This document shows, one piece after another, positions 29,366 through 38,708 of a stretch of DNA of 64,000 nt (its first letter is position 1; the number at the start of each line of letters is the position of its first letter). The notes beneath the pieces were generated by a model. That model was given only the letters and a program-made list of their open reading frames with translations. It was not told the DNA's origin and did no database searches. The position numbers and the translations under genes are program-made. The stretch is from a virus. The stretch is taken from the IMG/VR virus record IMGVR_UViG_3300030107_002332. One strand, written 5' to 3'.

Positions 29366-32107
29366 TTATCGATTCATCAGACGTTGAGCAGCATCATATA
29401 CTATAACTGCCTTTTCCTTAACTTCAGGAGCAATAACAATTTGATCCTGTAATATTGGCATGATGATTGGCATAATTTCTATTGGTTCTTCAGATAGAGC
29501 AACAGATTTAGCTCGTTCATATAGACTCTTACCTTTATCAATTGCTCCAAGTGTTTCAGGACTAACTCCCAACTCACCTGCAAGTTCTTTCAATCCAGTA
29601 TATTGATCACCACCACCAAGTAATCCCATTGCAGACTTATATATTCCTCCCAATCCTTGTCTATCTGCAAGTTTACCTATTGCTTGAGTAGGAGAGAATT
29701 GACCTGAGAATATATCACTTATACCAGGAAGATTGGTAAATCCAGGTATACTTGCTGCAAAGTTTGACAGACCAGGGAACATATTACCAAGACCACCAAG
29801 ATGATGCTGTTGCATCCAATCACCAAACTGTGCCATACGACCACCTTCACCAAAGAATCCCCCTTCACCAAAGAGTCCTCCTGGTTTAGTCATACCAGTC
29901 ATATGACCAAGTTGACTTATAGTACCACCCCATCCTTGACCAGTCAGTCCACCATAAACACTCTTACCCAATTTACCAATATCCGTCTGCATGAAATTAT
30001 TAAATCCAGACGAGATACCACTAACCCAGTTAGAGACACCAGTATAAGCATTAGCAACTCCTTGACCAAAACTACTCATACGCAAGTTCATTAACCAATT
30101 TGGTGTGTTTACTACAGACTGAGCAGTAGAACCAATAGCAGCAAAGTTACCTAAACCACCTGCAATACCACTAACTGCTTGCATAATGTTGCCATTAGCA
30201 ATTCCCTGAACACCATTGATAATAGCCATTGGTATTTGCATACCAGGAATGAATGATAATGCCGTGTTTACTATAGGATTACTTGCTACCTTACCAACAG
30301 TTTCAACAACACCACTAACTGCCTTACTAACACCATTAAATACACCACTAGCAACTTTCTTTACACCTTTCCATATTCTACCAAAGATAAACCCTGGTAA
30401 CTTATGTAATCCACCTTTACCCCAAAGTTTCCACCAAGGTTTTTTCTTTGTTTCCTTCTTCTTCTCAACAACTTTTGTATCCTTCTTTTTAAAGAGGTTA
30501 CTAAACCAATTACCACTAGATTTCTTCTTAACAGGAGGTGGATCCTTCTTCTTCTCTTCTTTAGGTTTAAAGAGATTTGTAAACCAATTACCACTACTAC
30601 TATCGTGCTTCTTCTCCTTCTTCTCAATTATAGGAGGTACTTTTTTATTATCTAACTTACCCTTCTGTTTTATAGCATACTCAAGATCATGCTCAAGCAT
30701 TTCAAGTCTTCTATCATCCCGATAGTTCTTACTACCAGAAGTAAATCCTAAATGCCACCACGGAGGTTTTGATTTACCTAGTTCAAGTTCTACCTTCTTC
30801 CTACGATCATTGATAACAGCTTCAACACCATGTTTCTGTATCTGATCTCTAACTATCTTCTCACCAAGTCTATCAAAACCCCACTTAACACCAGCATCAA
30901 CAGTCATATCAGCGAGAATACCAATACCTAATGAAGCACCACCTTTTGCAACACCCTTACTAACAGAACTTGCTCTCTTCCAAGTCAATGGATTTTTAAG
31001 AACGTTCTTTCCTTTAGTTAAGGTAGACTTGAAAAGATTAGTTAAATTTGCTTTAGGTTTTGCTTTAAAAAGCTTTACCTGGTTTTTTGTTGTCTTCCAA
31101 AGTTTATCCCACTGTCTCTTCGCACCATCCTTTAACCATTTATTACCTTCTTGCCAGAATTTCCGTTTTGTTTTTATCTTAAGATTTGAACTACCTTCAA
31201 CACTTGGAGCTCTACCTCTTGTTGCCCCAAACTTACCATCTTTAAGTTTAAGATTTCTTGGTTTAATACCCTTTGAGGATTTCTGACTCTTTAACCTTTG
31301 CTTATTCGCACTTGTCTTCGACTTACTACTATCAGCACTAGAACCTGCACTAATTCCTTTTGCATTTGGTTTACTCTTAAGAATAGTAGTAACATTCTTA
31401 AGGAACCAACCAATAGATCCTGATATAAACGCTAAGGAAGATAATGGATTGAATATCATTTGCAGCACTGCTGCTGCTTGGACCAGATCCCATAATCCTG
31501 AGATTCTGTCTCCTATGGTACTTTCTTTCCCTAATAACTTAGCATAACCACCAATTATCTTCTTCCCTACTAACCAATTAAAGAAATCATAAAACTTCTT
31601 AGTAACAAAATGAAGTTTATGTAAAAATACCTCTAATTTCTTTTGATTCTCTTCATCAGCACACCACTCCAACATCTCCTTGATGATTGCAATGGATCCT
31701 AATTTTATGAAGAATTCAAAAATGGGCATCATTGCCTGTGCCCAAAGTGGAAGTGCACTCTTCAATGCATTTCCAACCTTAGACTTACCCAACATCTTCC
31801 GCATTCTTGACTTACTGACCTTCCCCTTATCGGCTTTACTAAGGTCGTTTATCTCTGCATCTTCTTCTGCCTGTTGGTCTCTCTCAAATTGTGCTCTTTT
31901 ACGTGCCTGTTTTGCTTGAAATTGATCTTCTTTAAGACGTGATATCTCAATATTTTCAATATCTTTAATGACATTACCCATACCAGTCAGGGTTTTGCCA
32001 AGACGATTATATCCTAAGACTAATTTTCTAGCTACAAGGGATCCATCACTGGCATTATCTTGTGCCATGCCAGGATTGATAAACTTGTATGCTTCGATCT
32101 TAGCCAT
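29366..32107 (-). CDS. Tape-measure-like protein (gp29-like by position)
   Basis: 913 aa, helical, G/A-rich repeats, N-terminus paralogous to 26337-29336, follows gp26/gp51. Confidence 0.6.
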   Translation of the reverse strand: MAKIEAYKFINPGMAQDNASDGSLVARKLVLGYNRLGKTLTGMGNVIKDIENIEISRLKEDQFQAKQARKRAQFERDQQAEEDAEINDLSKADKGKVSKSRMRKMLGKSKVGNALKSALPLWAQAMMPIFEFFIKLGSIAIIKEMLEWCADEENQKKLEVFLHKLHFVTKKFYDFFNWLVGKKIIGGYAKLLGKESTIGDRISGLWDLVQAAAVLQMIFNPLSSLAFISGSIGWFLKNVTTILKSKPNAKGISAGSSADSSKSKTSANKQRLKSQKSSKGIKPRNLKLKDGKFGATRGRAPSVEGSSNLKIKTKRKFWQEGNKWLKDGAKRQWDKLWKTTKNQVKLFKAKPKANLTNLFKSTLTKGKNVLKNPLTWKRASSVSKGVAKGGASLGIGILADMTVDAGVKWGFDRLGEKIVRDQIQKHGVEAVINDRRKKVELELGKSKPPWWHLGFTSGSKNYRDDRRLEMLEHDLEYAIKQKGKLDNKKVPPIIEKKEKKHDSSSGNWFTNLFKPKEEKKKDPPPVKKKSSGNWFSNLFKKKDTKVVEKKKETKKKPWWKLWGKGGLHKLPGFIFGRIWKGVKKVASGVFNGVSKAVSGVVETVGKVASNPIVNTALSFIPGMQIPMAIINGVQGIANGNIMQAVSGIAGGLGNFAAIGSTAQSVVNTPNWLMNLRMSSFGQGVANAYTGVSNWVSGISSGFNNFMQTDIGKLGKSVYGGLTGQGWGGTISQLGHMTGMTKPGGLFGEGGFFGEGGRMAQFGDWMQQHHLGGLGNMFPGLSNFAASIPGFTNLPGISDIFSGQFSPTQAIGKLADRQGLGGIYKSAMGLLGGGDQYTGLKELAGELGVSPETLGAIDKGKSLYERAKSVALSEEPIEIMPIIMPILQDQIVIAPEVKEKAVIVYDAAQRLMNR

Positions 32108-32297
32108 TTTGTCGTGCTTGTTGCTCTTTTGCTCTTCGCTCTTCCTCTTTGAGGAATTGCATCAACAAATTCACGTATATCTCCTTTTCAAAAGGAATCA
32201 TATTATCGACATAATCTAAGTGCCACTTATGATGATGCATTAAAGCGAAATTACCTTCATAATAAGCTTGTAAATTGGTATGAAGTAGAGCTATGCG
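32100..32297 (-). CDS. gp51: gp51-like baseplate assembly segment lacking its own start, probably reached by -1 frameshift from gp26
   Basis: Open frame RIALLHTNLQAYYEGNFALMHHHKWHLDYVDNMIPFEKEIYVNLL...; first ATG only at 32240; absent from ORF track. Confidence 0.7.
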   Translation of the reverse strand, partial: RIALLHTNLQAYYEGNFALMHHHKWHLDYVDNMIPFEKEIYVNLLMQFLKEEERRAKEQQARQNG

Positions 32298-33007
32298 AAA
32301 AAACTCGCTAGTCCCTCCAATGTTACATCACTTTCAACACCTGTTTTAGGGTTCTTAACCTTAACAGTATGTGATAGTTTAGGCATAGTTTCAAAGAAAT
32401 CTTGAACAGCCATAAACTGCTTACTACTTAAGTTTTCAAAGAATTCAATAATTTCAGACTTAGGCATATCAGTACAATCATATACCTGTTCTGGATCAGT
32501 GATAGTTTTTACACAATCTGCTGCCATTTCAAATACTTGATCAGCACCAAAGGAATCATCATCTCCAATGAAATTCATTTCAACGAAAGTTGCCATACTG
32601 GGATATTGCATCTCCATGACAATCTCATCAGATAATCTAACCTCTGTCTTATGCTTTTTATTCTTTTGAATTTTAATATCAGCCAAAGGTATCTTAACAG
32701 GAACTTGAGTCTCATTATCATCGGGACAAGTTAGACTGAGTTCAACACTCTCTCCAACAGATTTTCCACGAATTTGAAGAAACAAATATTCAATATCAAA
32801 AGTTGCCAAATCATCCACTGTTGTTAAATCAGTGCAATTTGTAATAATATCTTTAATAGCAGTAACCAAATCTGACTGTTCACCAGTTTCGGTTGCTAAA
32901 AGAAGCAACTTTTCTTCTTTTACAAGAAAAGGTCTATAATTTACTACCTGTCCAGTAGACGGTAGTTTCATTTTGTACTTCGGTACGTTTAATTTAGGTA
33001 ATGCCAT
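32291..33007 (-). CDS. gp26: Baseplate hub assembly protein
   Basis: RPFLVKEEKLLL, DIEYLFLQIRGKSVGE, TCP, GLASFF end. Confidence 0.9.
   Translation of the reverse strand: MALPKLNVPKYKMKLPSTGQVVNYRPFLVKEEKLLLLATETGEQSDLVTAIKDIITNCTDLTTVDDLATFDIEYLFLQIRGKSVGESVELSLTCPDDNETQVPVKIPLADIKIQKNKKHKTEVRLSDEIVMEMQYPSMATFVEMNFIGDDDSFGADQVFEMAADCVKTITDPEQVYDCTDMPKSEIIEFFENLSSKQFMAVQDFFETMPKLSHTVKVKNPKTGVESDVTLEGLASFFA
32297..32303 (-). other. Candidate -1 slippery heptamer T TTT TTC
   Basis: X XXY YYZ pattern in gp26 frame two codons before TAG; -1 frame continues into gp51. Confidence 0.65.
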
Positions 33008-33034
33008 AGGTATTCAATTCAGTATAATTATTTA

Positions 33035-33880
33035 TCAAGCCATATTAGAGGAATTTGTAAAGAAGTCACCAACATATACTGTTCCGTAATTATCAATAAA
33101 GTTATTAATACTTGCCGTACCAGCTCCATCCCAGTAACTACTATTGGGAATTTCAACCCATTGTCTAACATCGGGCTCCTCAAATCTAACTTCAGGATAG
33201 AATCTATATCGTTCATAATAGAATGATACACCAATAGTCATTAGAGATGAAGAAGAGTTATTTAACTGAGCACTACCAATATTATATGGATAACAATTTC
33301 TCAACTCCCACATGGCAGTAACCTTATTCATCCTTCCAAAATCATTAAAAAATTTCTTATCAATATCATCCTGATGTCCTGAACCAACTCCCCATGCACC
33401 AACCTTCTCACCACCACCTCTTTCATACTTGTAAATTCTTATATGAGGTGAAACATAATTATTATAAAATTCTGTATATTGATTAGCATCATTAGCTATT
33501 TTACTAACCCATCGTTCAAAGAACAACCTTGTTAGTTGTGATTCTGGCATTACGAAGTTAACTTGGAACTGACTAAATGCAGATCCTGTAGCATATTTAA
33601 CAGGAGATCCCACATTAATAGCCTGACCAGAAGTAACTTGCTTACTTGGAAGACTTACACTCGCTGCATAGAAATCCAAAAGTTTTTCTAAGTCACCAGT
33701 CTCTGCCTGTAAATCAGCACCTTGATGTGGTCCCATCCCTCTAGAGAAGATAGGAGGTGAAGCAAACCTAAGAGAAAATAAGTTAGTATAACTCGGAGTA
33801 TTATCTTCACCCCGCATGAAAGCCTGAAACTCCTGTAAGGAGTTATATCGTGCATATTGCCAATGAGGTGCTTGTGCCAT
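33035..33880 (-). CDS. Tail tube initiator-like protein (gp54/gp19 family)
   Basis: SVSLPSK, W...I, CYPYNIG...L, VSFYYE tube-fold motifs; synteny. Confidence 0.6.
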   Translation of the reverse strand: MAQAPHWQYARYNSLQEFQAFMRGEDNTPSYTNLFSLRFASPPIFSRGMGPHQGADLQAETGDLEKLLDFYAASVSLPSKQVTSGQAINVGSPVKYATGSAFSQFQVNFVMPESQLTRLFFERWVSKIANDANQYTEFYNNYVSPHIRIYKYERGGGEKVGAWGVGSGHQDDIDKKFFNDFGRMNKVTAMWELRNCYPYNIGSAQLNNSSSSLMTIGVSFYYERYRFYPEVRFEEPDVRQWVEIPNSSYWDGAGTASINNFIDNYGTVYVGDFFTNSSNMA

Positions 33881-34311
33881 TAGATCCTAAGTTCTTTTTC
33901 TGTAATTAACATAAATTCCATTCCATAATCTTTACAAAACTCAGTTGCTGCTTTCCACTTTGCTTGATTAACACCCCAAGTGAAAACTTCATTAATATAT
34001 GATTTAGTCATTCTTTTTTGAGTTTTGGGTTCTTTAGTTTGCCTAAAAGGTTTAACTTCAACGATATATTTCTTACCTCTCACCTTTACATAAAAATCAG
34101 GGTAATATCTATGTCGTTTACCATCAACAGGACTGATATAAGGAATAGCAATCTCTTCACTACCCCATTCCTCTACTACTGAGCGAGAATCACACCACTG
34201 CATAAATTTATACTCCCAAGACGACCTAAAAACTACATTGCGGGAATCCCCTTTGTACTTAGAGGGTAATCTAAGGCGATACTTACCTTGTAAATATCTT
34301 TTTTTTCGCAT
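33880..34311 (-). CDS. gp4: Head completion nuclease
   Basis: KYKGD...RSSWE, WGSEE, RYYPDF, EVKP, NQAKW. Confidence 0.9.
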   Translation of the reverse strand: MRKKRYLQGKYRLRLPSKYKGDSRNVVFRSSWEYKFMQWCDSRSVVEEWGSEEIAIPYISPVDGKRHRYYPDFYVKVRGKKYIVEVKPFRQTKEPKTQKRMTKSYINEVFTWGVNQAKWKAATEFCKDYGMEFMLITEKELRI

Positions 34312-34346
34312 AAATAAGTATAGGTCACATAGTATTTAGTTAAAAA

Positions 34347-35507
34347 GTGTCAGGTAACCCTATTTACAAGTATCCCTTAAAACCGCCCGTCACGATGACT
34401 AATGGTGATTGGGACAACAGAGATGCAACAAGTAGTAATATTAATGCTGAGGCACCTACTGAAGCTATAGACTATCTTGTATTAAAACGGTCAAGAGTAA
34501 GATATTCTAAGACCAAACACACAACACACCATTCTGTTGGTGTTGATTCTACAAATGCACCACTTCAAGGTCAAGTTGAAAAAGAACGTAAACCTGGATG
34601 TGTATACCTTGCTATGCCACCACAGTTATCAACAGCATACCAAGCATCTTATTCTCAACAGAATTTAGGTGTTGCTGGTATGGCAGTCACTGACATGATT
34701 GGTAGATCAGAGGATGGTTTTTCAGGTATTTCTCAAGCATTAAGTGATGCTGCAGGTGCCAGTTTACCAGAATTTACAGATGCTTTAGCAGCAGGTGTAT
34801 TTCAATCAATGGGTAACGCACTTGGTCTTCAAGGTACAGTTGACGCTAATACTATTGAACAAATGGCAGCAGGAAGGGTATTTAACCCCTTTAGTGAGCA
34901 GATATTTAAAAGTATGGCATTTAGAACCCATAGTTTTAACTTCAAAATGCTGGCAAGAAGTCAGCAAGAAGCAAGAGAGATTAAATCAATTATTCAATGG
35001 ATTAAAGAAGGTGCTACTCCAGAAATTCAAAAAGGAGATAAAAGTTCAATGGGTGCCTTATGGGACGCAACCGAAAACAAAGGTAAACATAAAGGTTCTT
35101 TAACAACAGGATCTGGTGACAGTAAGAAAGATGTAAAAAGTACTTCAGGACAAGTTACAGATAAAGCAAACGATGCAATATTCAGAGCAGGAGTGGCACA
35201 AAGATTCTTCAATATACCAGACCATTTTGACCTCAGATTCGTTAGAGTTAATCCAACTGCTAGTCCAAGTAACTGGTTTAACCCTATGAATGGTAATTTC
35301 CAAGACAATACTGGATATCAAACTATGCACTTCAAAATACACTCATCATTCTGTAATGGAGTTGGTGTAAATTATACTCCAGATGGGCAATATACATCAT
35401 TTAAAACATTTGATGGTAGTATGATTCAAGTACCAGCAATAAACTTAAGTCTTTCATTCATCGAAACAAGACTAGTCAGCAGACAAGACGTAGAGATAGG
35501 ATTCTAA
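34347..35507 (+). CDS. gp48: Baseplate tail-tube cap
   Basis: FNPFSEQIF..MAFRTHSFNFKM, EI..II; GTG start; divergent late promoters in the gap. Confidence 0.8.
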   Translation: MSGNPIYKYPLKPPVTMTNGDWDNRDATSSNINAEAPTEAIDYLVLKRSRVRYSKTKHTTHHSVGVDSTNAPLQGQVEKERKPGCVYLAMPPQLSTAYQASYSQQNLGVAGMAVTDMIGRSEDGFSGISQALSDAAGASLPEFTDALAAGVFQSMGNALGLQGTVDANTIEQMAAGRVFNPFSEQIFKSMAFRTHSFNFKMLARSQQEAREIKSIIQWIKEGATPEIQKGDKSSMGALWDATENKGKHKGSLTTGSGDSKKDVKSTSGQVTDKANDAIFRAGVAQRFFNIPDHFDLRFVRVNPTASPSNWFNPMNGNFQDNTGYQTMHFKIHSSFCNGVGVNYTPDGQYTSFKTFDGSMIQVPAINLSLSFIETRLVSRQDVEIGF

Positions 35508-35508
35508 A

Positions 35509-36288
35509 ATGTTTTTTCAATACTTACCAGATGTTTATATAGGTGAAGGAGTCAAAGATGACGAATCCTTTAAATACCGCCTTGTTAAAAATATCTTTAG
35601 AAGAGTTAAAGTAAGAGAAGATCTCGAAAAGCATATTGCTAGCTTTGAGACATATCAACTTCAAGATGATGAAACTCCAGCATCTTTATCATATAGACTA
35701 TATGGAGATGTTCAATATGACTGGGTTATTCTATTATGTAATAATATCACCGATTTCTATGAAGAATGGCCTAAAAAGCATTCAGACTTAATAGAATACT
35801 GTGAAAGTAAATACCAAAACCCAGACTTTATACATCATTATGAAACTAAAGAGGTTTTGTGGAACGATTTAGTTTTCATTAGAGAAGGTATTCAAGTTAA
35901 TGATTCATGGAGAACTGTACTACCAGATGGTATAACTAAAACAGCAGCAGAATCAAGAGATCCAATCACTAACTATGAACATGAATACTATCTAAATGAA
36001 ATGAAAAGAGGAATCAAGATTCCAGGATCAAAGATGTTCCAAATAATTACAGATGAATTTGAAAACTTAGTTGCTTACGAACCTCATTCAGAACTTGATG
36101 AATATGGCAATAAAAAAACGCCCCTAAATGTGGCGCAGAGATTCTTGGATGTTACTGGATATGTAACTGGAAGTATTAGTAGAGATGATCAAATAGGTAC
36201 AGTCACATCATATGACTACGGTCCAAGTGCAACACTTAATACCGCAGGAGTTGCTACTGTTACAACCAGTCAAACTGTAAACGTTTAG
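35509..36288 (+). CDS. gp53: Baseplate wedge protein
   Basis: DETP..LSYRLYGD..YDWVILL.NNI, HHYET. Confidence 0.88.
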   Translation: MFFQYLPDVYIGEGVKDDESFKYRLVKNIFRRVKVREDLEKHIASFETYQLQDDETPASLSYRLYGDVQYDWVILLCNNITDFYEEWPKKHSDLIEYCESKYQNPDFIHHYETKEVLWNDLVFIREGIQVNDSWRTVLPDGITKTAAESRDPITNYEHEYYLNEMKRGIKIPGSKMFQIITDEFENLVAYEPHSELDEYGNKKTPLNVAQRFLDVTGYVTGSISRDDQIGTVTSYDYGPSATLNTAGVATVTTSQTVNV

Positions 36289-36470
36289 TCGTCTTGAGGA
36301 AGACCGTGAGATTGATAGTCGAGCTGTTCCTCTAAAAAGGCAACTTGCTCTAGCAATTCCTTATTTTCTTTCTCTAATTCCTCAATATGATCCTGATATA
36401 CTGTTAGCATGGATTCGTATTTTTCATTTTGGAGTTCGAGTTCGTACCATGATTTAATTTCATTGTACAT
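36285..36470 (-). CDS. Small coiled-coil protein
   Basis: 61-aa heptad-rich ORF, convergent with gp53. Confidence 0.6.
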   Translation of the reverse strand: MYNEIKSWYELELQNEKYESMLTVYQDHIEELEKENKELLEQVAFLEEQLDYQSHGLPQDD

Positions 36471-36496
36471 TGCTACTTAGACATTTAAGGTTTTCT

Positions 36497-36883
36497 TTAT
36501 GTCCATCTGGTAACGACCAGTTCGACTGATTGGTCGCTATTATTGAGTTCTTGACTTTCTATCTCAAACCCTTCATCCTTTGCAGCAGCAGTTATTGCTT
36601 GAATTGCATATTCTTGTGATACTTGCTGCAAGAACCTTTCTACAGGAACAGGTTGATTCCAAGTTTGAAGATCTGTTACGAGTTCGTAACTTTGCGTAAT
36701 CTCATTCCAACGAAACCCAATATCCTTTCCTACAGCGATTTCAACATGAACTTCTTCATGTTCGTGATCTGTAGGATTTTTTAATTTCTCATCAACGAAC
36801 ACAGGATGCCCAATTAGCATAAGTGCCTGTAATAGCGATTTACGGTCTTTAAGTTTGGTTTTGATCGTGCTGAAGTGTGACAT
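36497..36883 (-). CDS. DUF1257/Ycf35-like protein
   Basis: MSHFSTIKT, YELVTDLQTW, QEYA motifs. Confidence 0.85.
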   Translation of the reverse strand: MSHFSTIKTKLKDRKSLLQALMLIGHPVFVDEKLKNPTDHEHEEVHVEIAVGKDIGFRWNEITQSYELVTDLQTWNQPVPVERFLQQVSQEYAIQAITAAAKDEGFEIESQELNNSDQSVELVVTRWT

Positions 36884-37052
36884 TTTCCTTTTTTTGATAA
36901 TATTCGGACGTATGGATTCTGCGGGTTAAATCGCCAAGTTTCGCTTCAAGGTCTTTAGTGAGATTTTCGCAAACATCACCTTTTACCCCATCTACTCGTT
37001 CTTCGACTATACCGTCTTGTCGGATTTTGAATGTAATTGACTGTTTGTCCAT
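36849..37052 (-). CDS. DUF2997-like protein
   Basis: ITFKIRQDG.VEERV.GV.G..C; usual partner of DUF1257. Confidence 0.8.
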   Translation of the reverse strand: MDKQSITFKIRQDGIVEERVDGVKGDVCENLTKDLEAKLGDLTRRIHTSEYYQKKENVTLQHDQNQT

Positions 37053-37066
37053 AAAAACCTTTTTTA

Positions 37067-37116
37067 GTGAAAAATTTGCCGAGTTTTTTTTGCGACTTAT
37101 TTGGAATTAAAAGTCG
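37067..37116. repeat. Intergenic A/T-tract repeat element, copy 1
   Basis: GTGAAAAATTTGCCGAGTTTTTTTTGCG nearly identical to 41548-41576; adjacent CGACTT..AAGTCG hairpin. Confidence 0.65.
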
Positions 37117-37125
37117 AATAATATA

Positions 37126-37389
37126 TCAGCCTTGCCAGATTAAATCAGGCATTGCCTGTTGACCTGGTCTGTTAACAAATAATAGTATAGCATACCCTAC
37201 AAACCAGATGATATTAAATAACCATGCTTGTCTCCAGAAATACTTTCTTATTGCCATAGACCTAAGCACTTGAGGTGCTTTGTCCTGTGCTCTGAAGATT
37301 TGTTCTATTATCAATGCAACAAAGAACCCTATCACTAATGGATAGAATACAAAGTTTGCAAATGACATGATTGAGATTAGAAAAATCAT
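37126..37389 (-). CDS. Small membrane protein
   Basis: Two hydrophobic segments. Confidence 0.7.
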   Translation of the reverse strand: MIFLISIMSFANFVFYPLVIGFFVALIIEQIFRAQDKAPQVLRSMAIRKYFWRQAWLFNIIWFVGYAILLFVNRPGQQAMPDLIWQG

Positions 37390-37460
37390 TTTTTAAATAC
37401 ACCTAATTTAGATAGTGCCCACATTGTAACTATTGTCCAACCTATAATATACCACATAAT

Positions 37461-37799
37461 TTATCTCCTTACTACAAGACCACCTTCATCATCATCTTCT
37501 TCCTGCCAAGGATCTTCGACTTGACCCTGACTAATACGATTCTTTAAAGATTCGTGTAAAGGATCTGCATCCTTTGTTTTAAAATCAACAACTAATAACT
37601 CATCACCTGGTTTGACCTCTGCCATCTCTGGATGCTGAACTTTAGTAACAGTCCTGTTTCTCACATTCATGTTAGTATAGTTTCTAGCCCTTTCACGTTG
37701 CTCTGCAGCGATAGTCCATCCCCTTGACATTTGCCGTATGGCAATTACAAATAGGACTATCCAAACAATAGAAAATAACATATCGGTAAACGGATTCAT
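37461..37799 (-). CDS. DUF2973-like membrane protein
   Basis: N-terminal TM, HPEM..V..GDELLVV motif; start moved to MNPF. Confidence 0.65.
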   Translation of the reverse strand: MNPFTDMLFSIVWIVLFVIAIRQMSRGWTIAAEQRERARNYTNMNVRNRTVTKVQHPEMAEVKPGDELLVVDFKTKDADPLHESLKNRISQGQVEDPWQEEDDDEGGLVVRR

Positions 37800-37890
37800 C
37801 GGTCTCTTAGGTGTTGGTTGAGTAAATAAAACCACACAACTCCCATCACTATAATAGCGAACATTCTAATAGAACTAGGAGAAGTATCAA

Positions 37891-38214
37891 TCATATCCGT
37901 GGTATATATTTAGCCCCCTGTTGTACTAATGGCATTACATCAGTCTCTACCTTCTCTACAATCTGATCTACTATACTTACATCTAATCCAGCAAAAGGTG
38001 GTATGATACCAAGTATTCTAAGGAGACCATCAACAAACAGTGCAAGACAAGTAAATCCTAATATCATACTAATGATAGTAGCATCACGATTGTGCTTACG
38101 CATGGATGCTTCATCAATCGCTCTCGCCTCTGCAAGAGCATCAGCAACCATCTTGTCCACCTCTACTTTAGTGTAAAAATCTCCTAAGATTGGTATATCA
38201 TGCTTGTCCATCAT
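37891..38214 (-). CDS. Cyanophage membrane protein
   Basis: HNRDATIISMILGF..LALFVDGLLRILGIIPPF. Confidence 0.7.
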   Translation of the reverse strand: MMDKHDIPILGDFYTKVEVDKMVADALAEARAIDEASMRKHNRDATIISMILGFTCLALFVDGLLRILGIIPPFAGLDVSIVDQIVEKVETDVMPLVQQGAKYIPRI

Positions 38215-38633
38215 CCTCCATCAATGTCACATCCTATGACACTGCCTGTAACTACTCCCAAAGGAATTGCCCACCAACGACCATCACCTTGAGATAGTGC
38301 TGCACCAGCACCTCCACCTAATATACCACCAAGGATTGCTCCTTCTTGACACTCGTTACCATCAGGTGATGGTACATGTTCACGTCTTATTACAGGTTCT
38401 CTGTAAGGAGGTCTTGATGGTCTTGGATGCCATTGATTTGAACGACATGGTACATCAATAGTTTCTTCCCAGTTTCTAACGTAACCTGGACTATTTCTTG
38501 TGCCAGGAACATACTCCTCTCTATACTCTGTACGAGTACATGTTCTGTTGTAGGAATAACCTGGTTGATAGTGATCTGCTAATGCTGGACTAACTGTACC
38601 AACAGCAAGAGCAGTCGCAAGTAATACTTTCAT
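38211..38633 (-). CDS. Secreted glycine-zipper protein
   Basis: Signal peptide; GAILGGILGGGAGAAL...GVVTGSVIG. Confidence 0.7.
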   Translation of the reverse strand: MKVLLATALAVGTVSPALADHYQPGYSYNRTCTRTEYREEYVPGTRNSPGYVRNWEETIDVPCRSNQWHPRPSRPPYREPVIRREHVPSPDGNECQEGAILGGILGGGAGAALSQGDGRWWAIPLGVVTGSVIGCDIDGG

Positions 38634-38668
38634 TGCAGTTCTTTTTATTATGTATTAATTATAGCATG

Positions 38669-38692
38669 AAAAAGGGGGTGTGTAACCCCCTT
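38669..38692 (-). terminator. Intrinsic terminator after gp32
   Basis: AAGGGGG/CCCCCTT stem plus U-tract; extended -10 TGCTATAAT just downstream. Confidence 0.8.
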
Positions 38693-38708
38693 ATGTGACA
38701 GTTTCCTA

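Noticed and set aside
28408-30725. Long plus-strand ORFs (178 aa at 28408, 169 aa at 30216) and many shorter antisense ORFs in the track
   Set aside because: They mirror strongly biased minus-strand genes, give low-complexity F/S/L-rich translations, and have no RBS or promoter support
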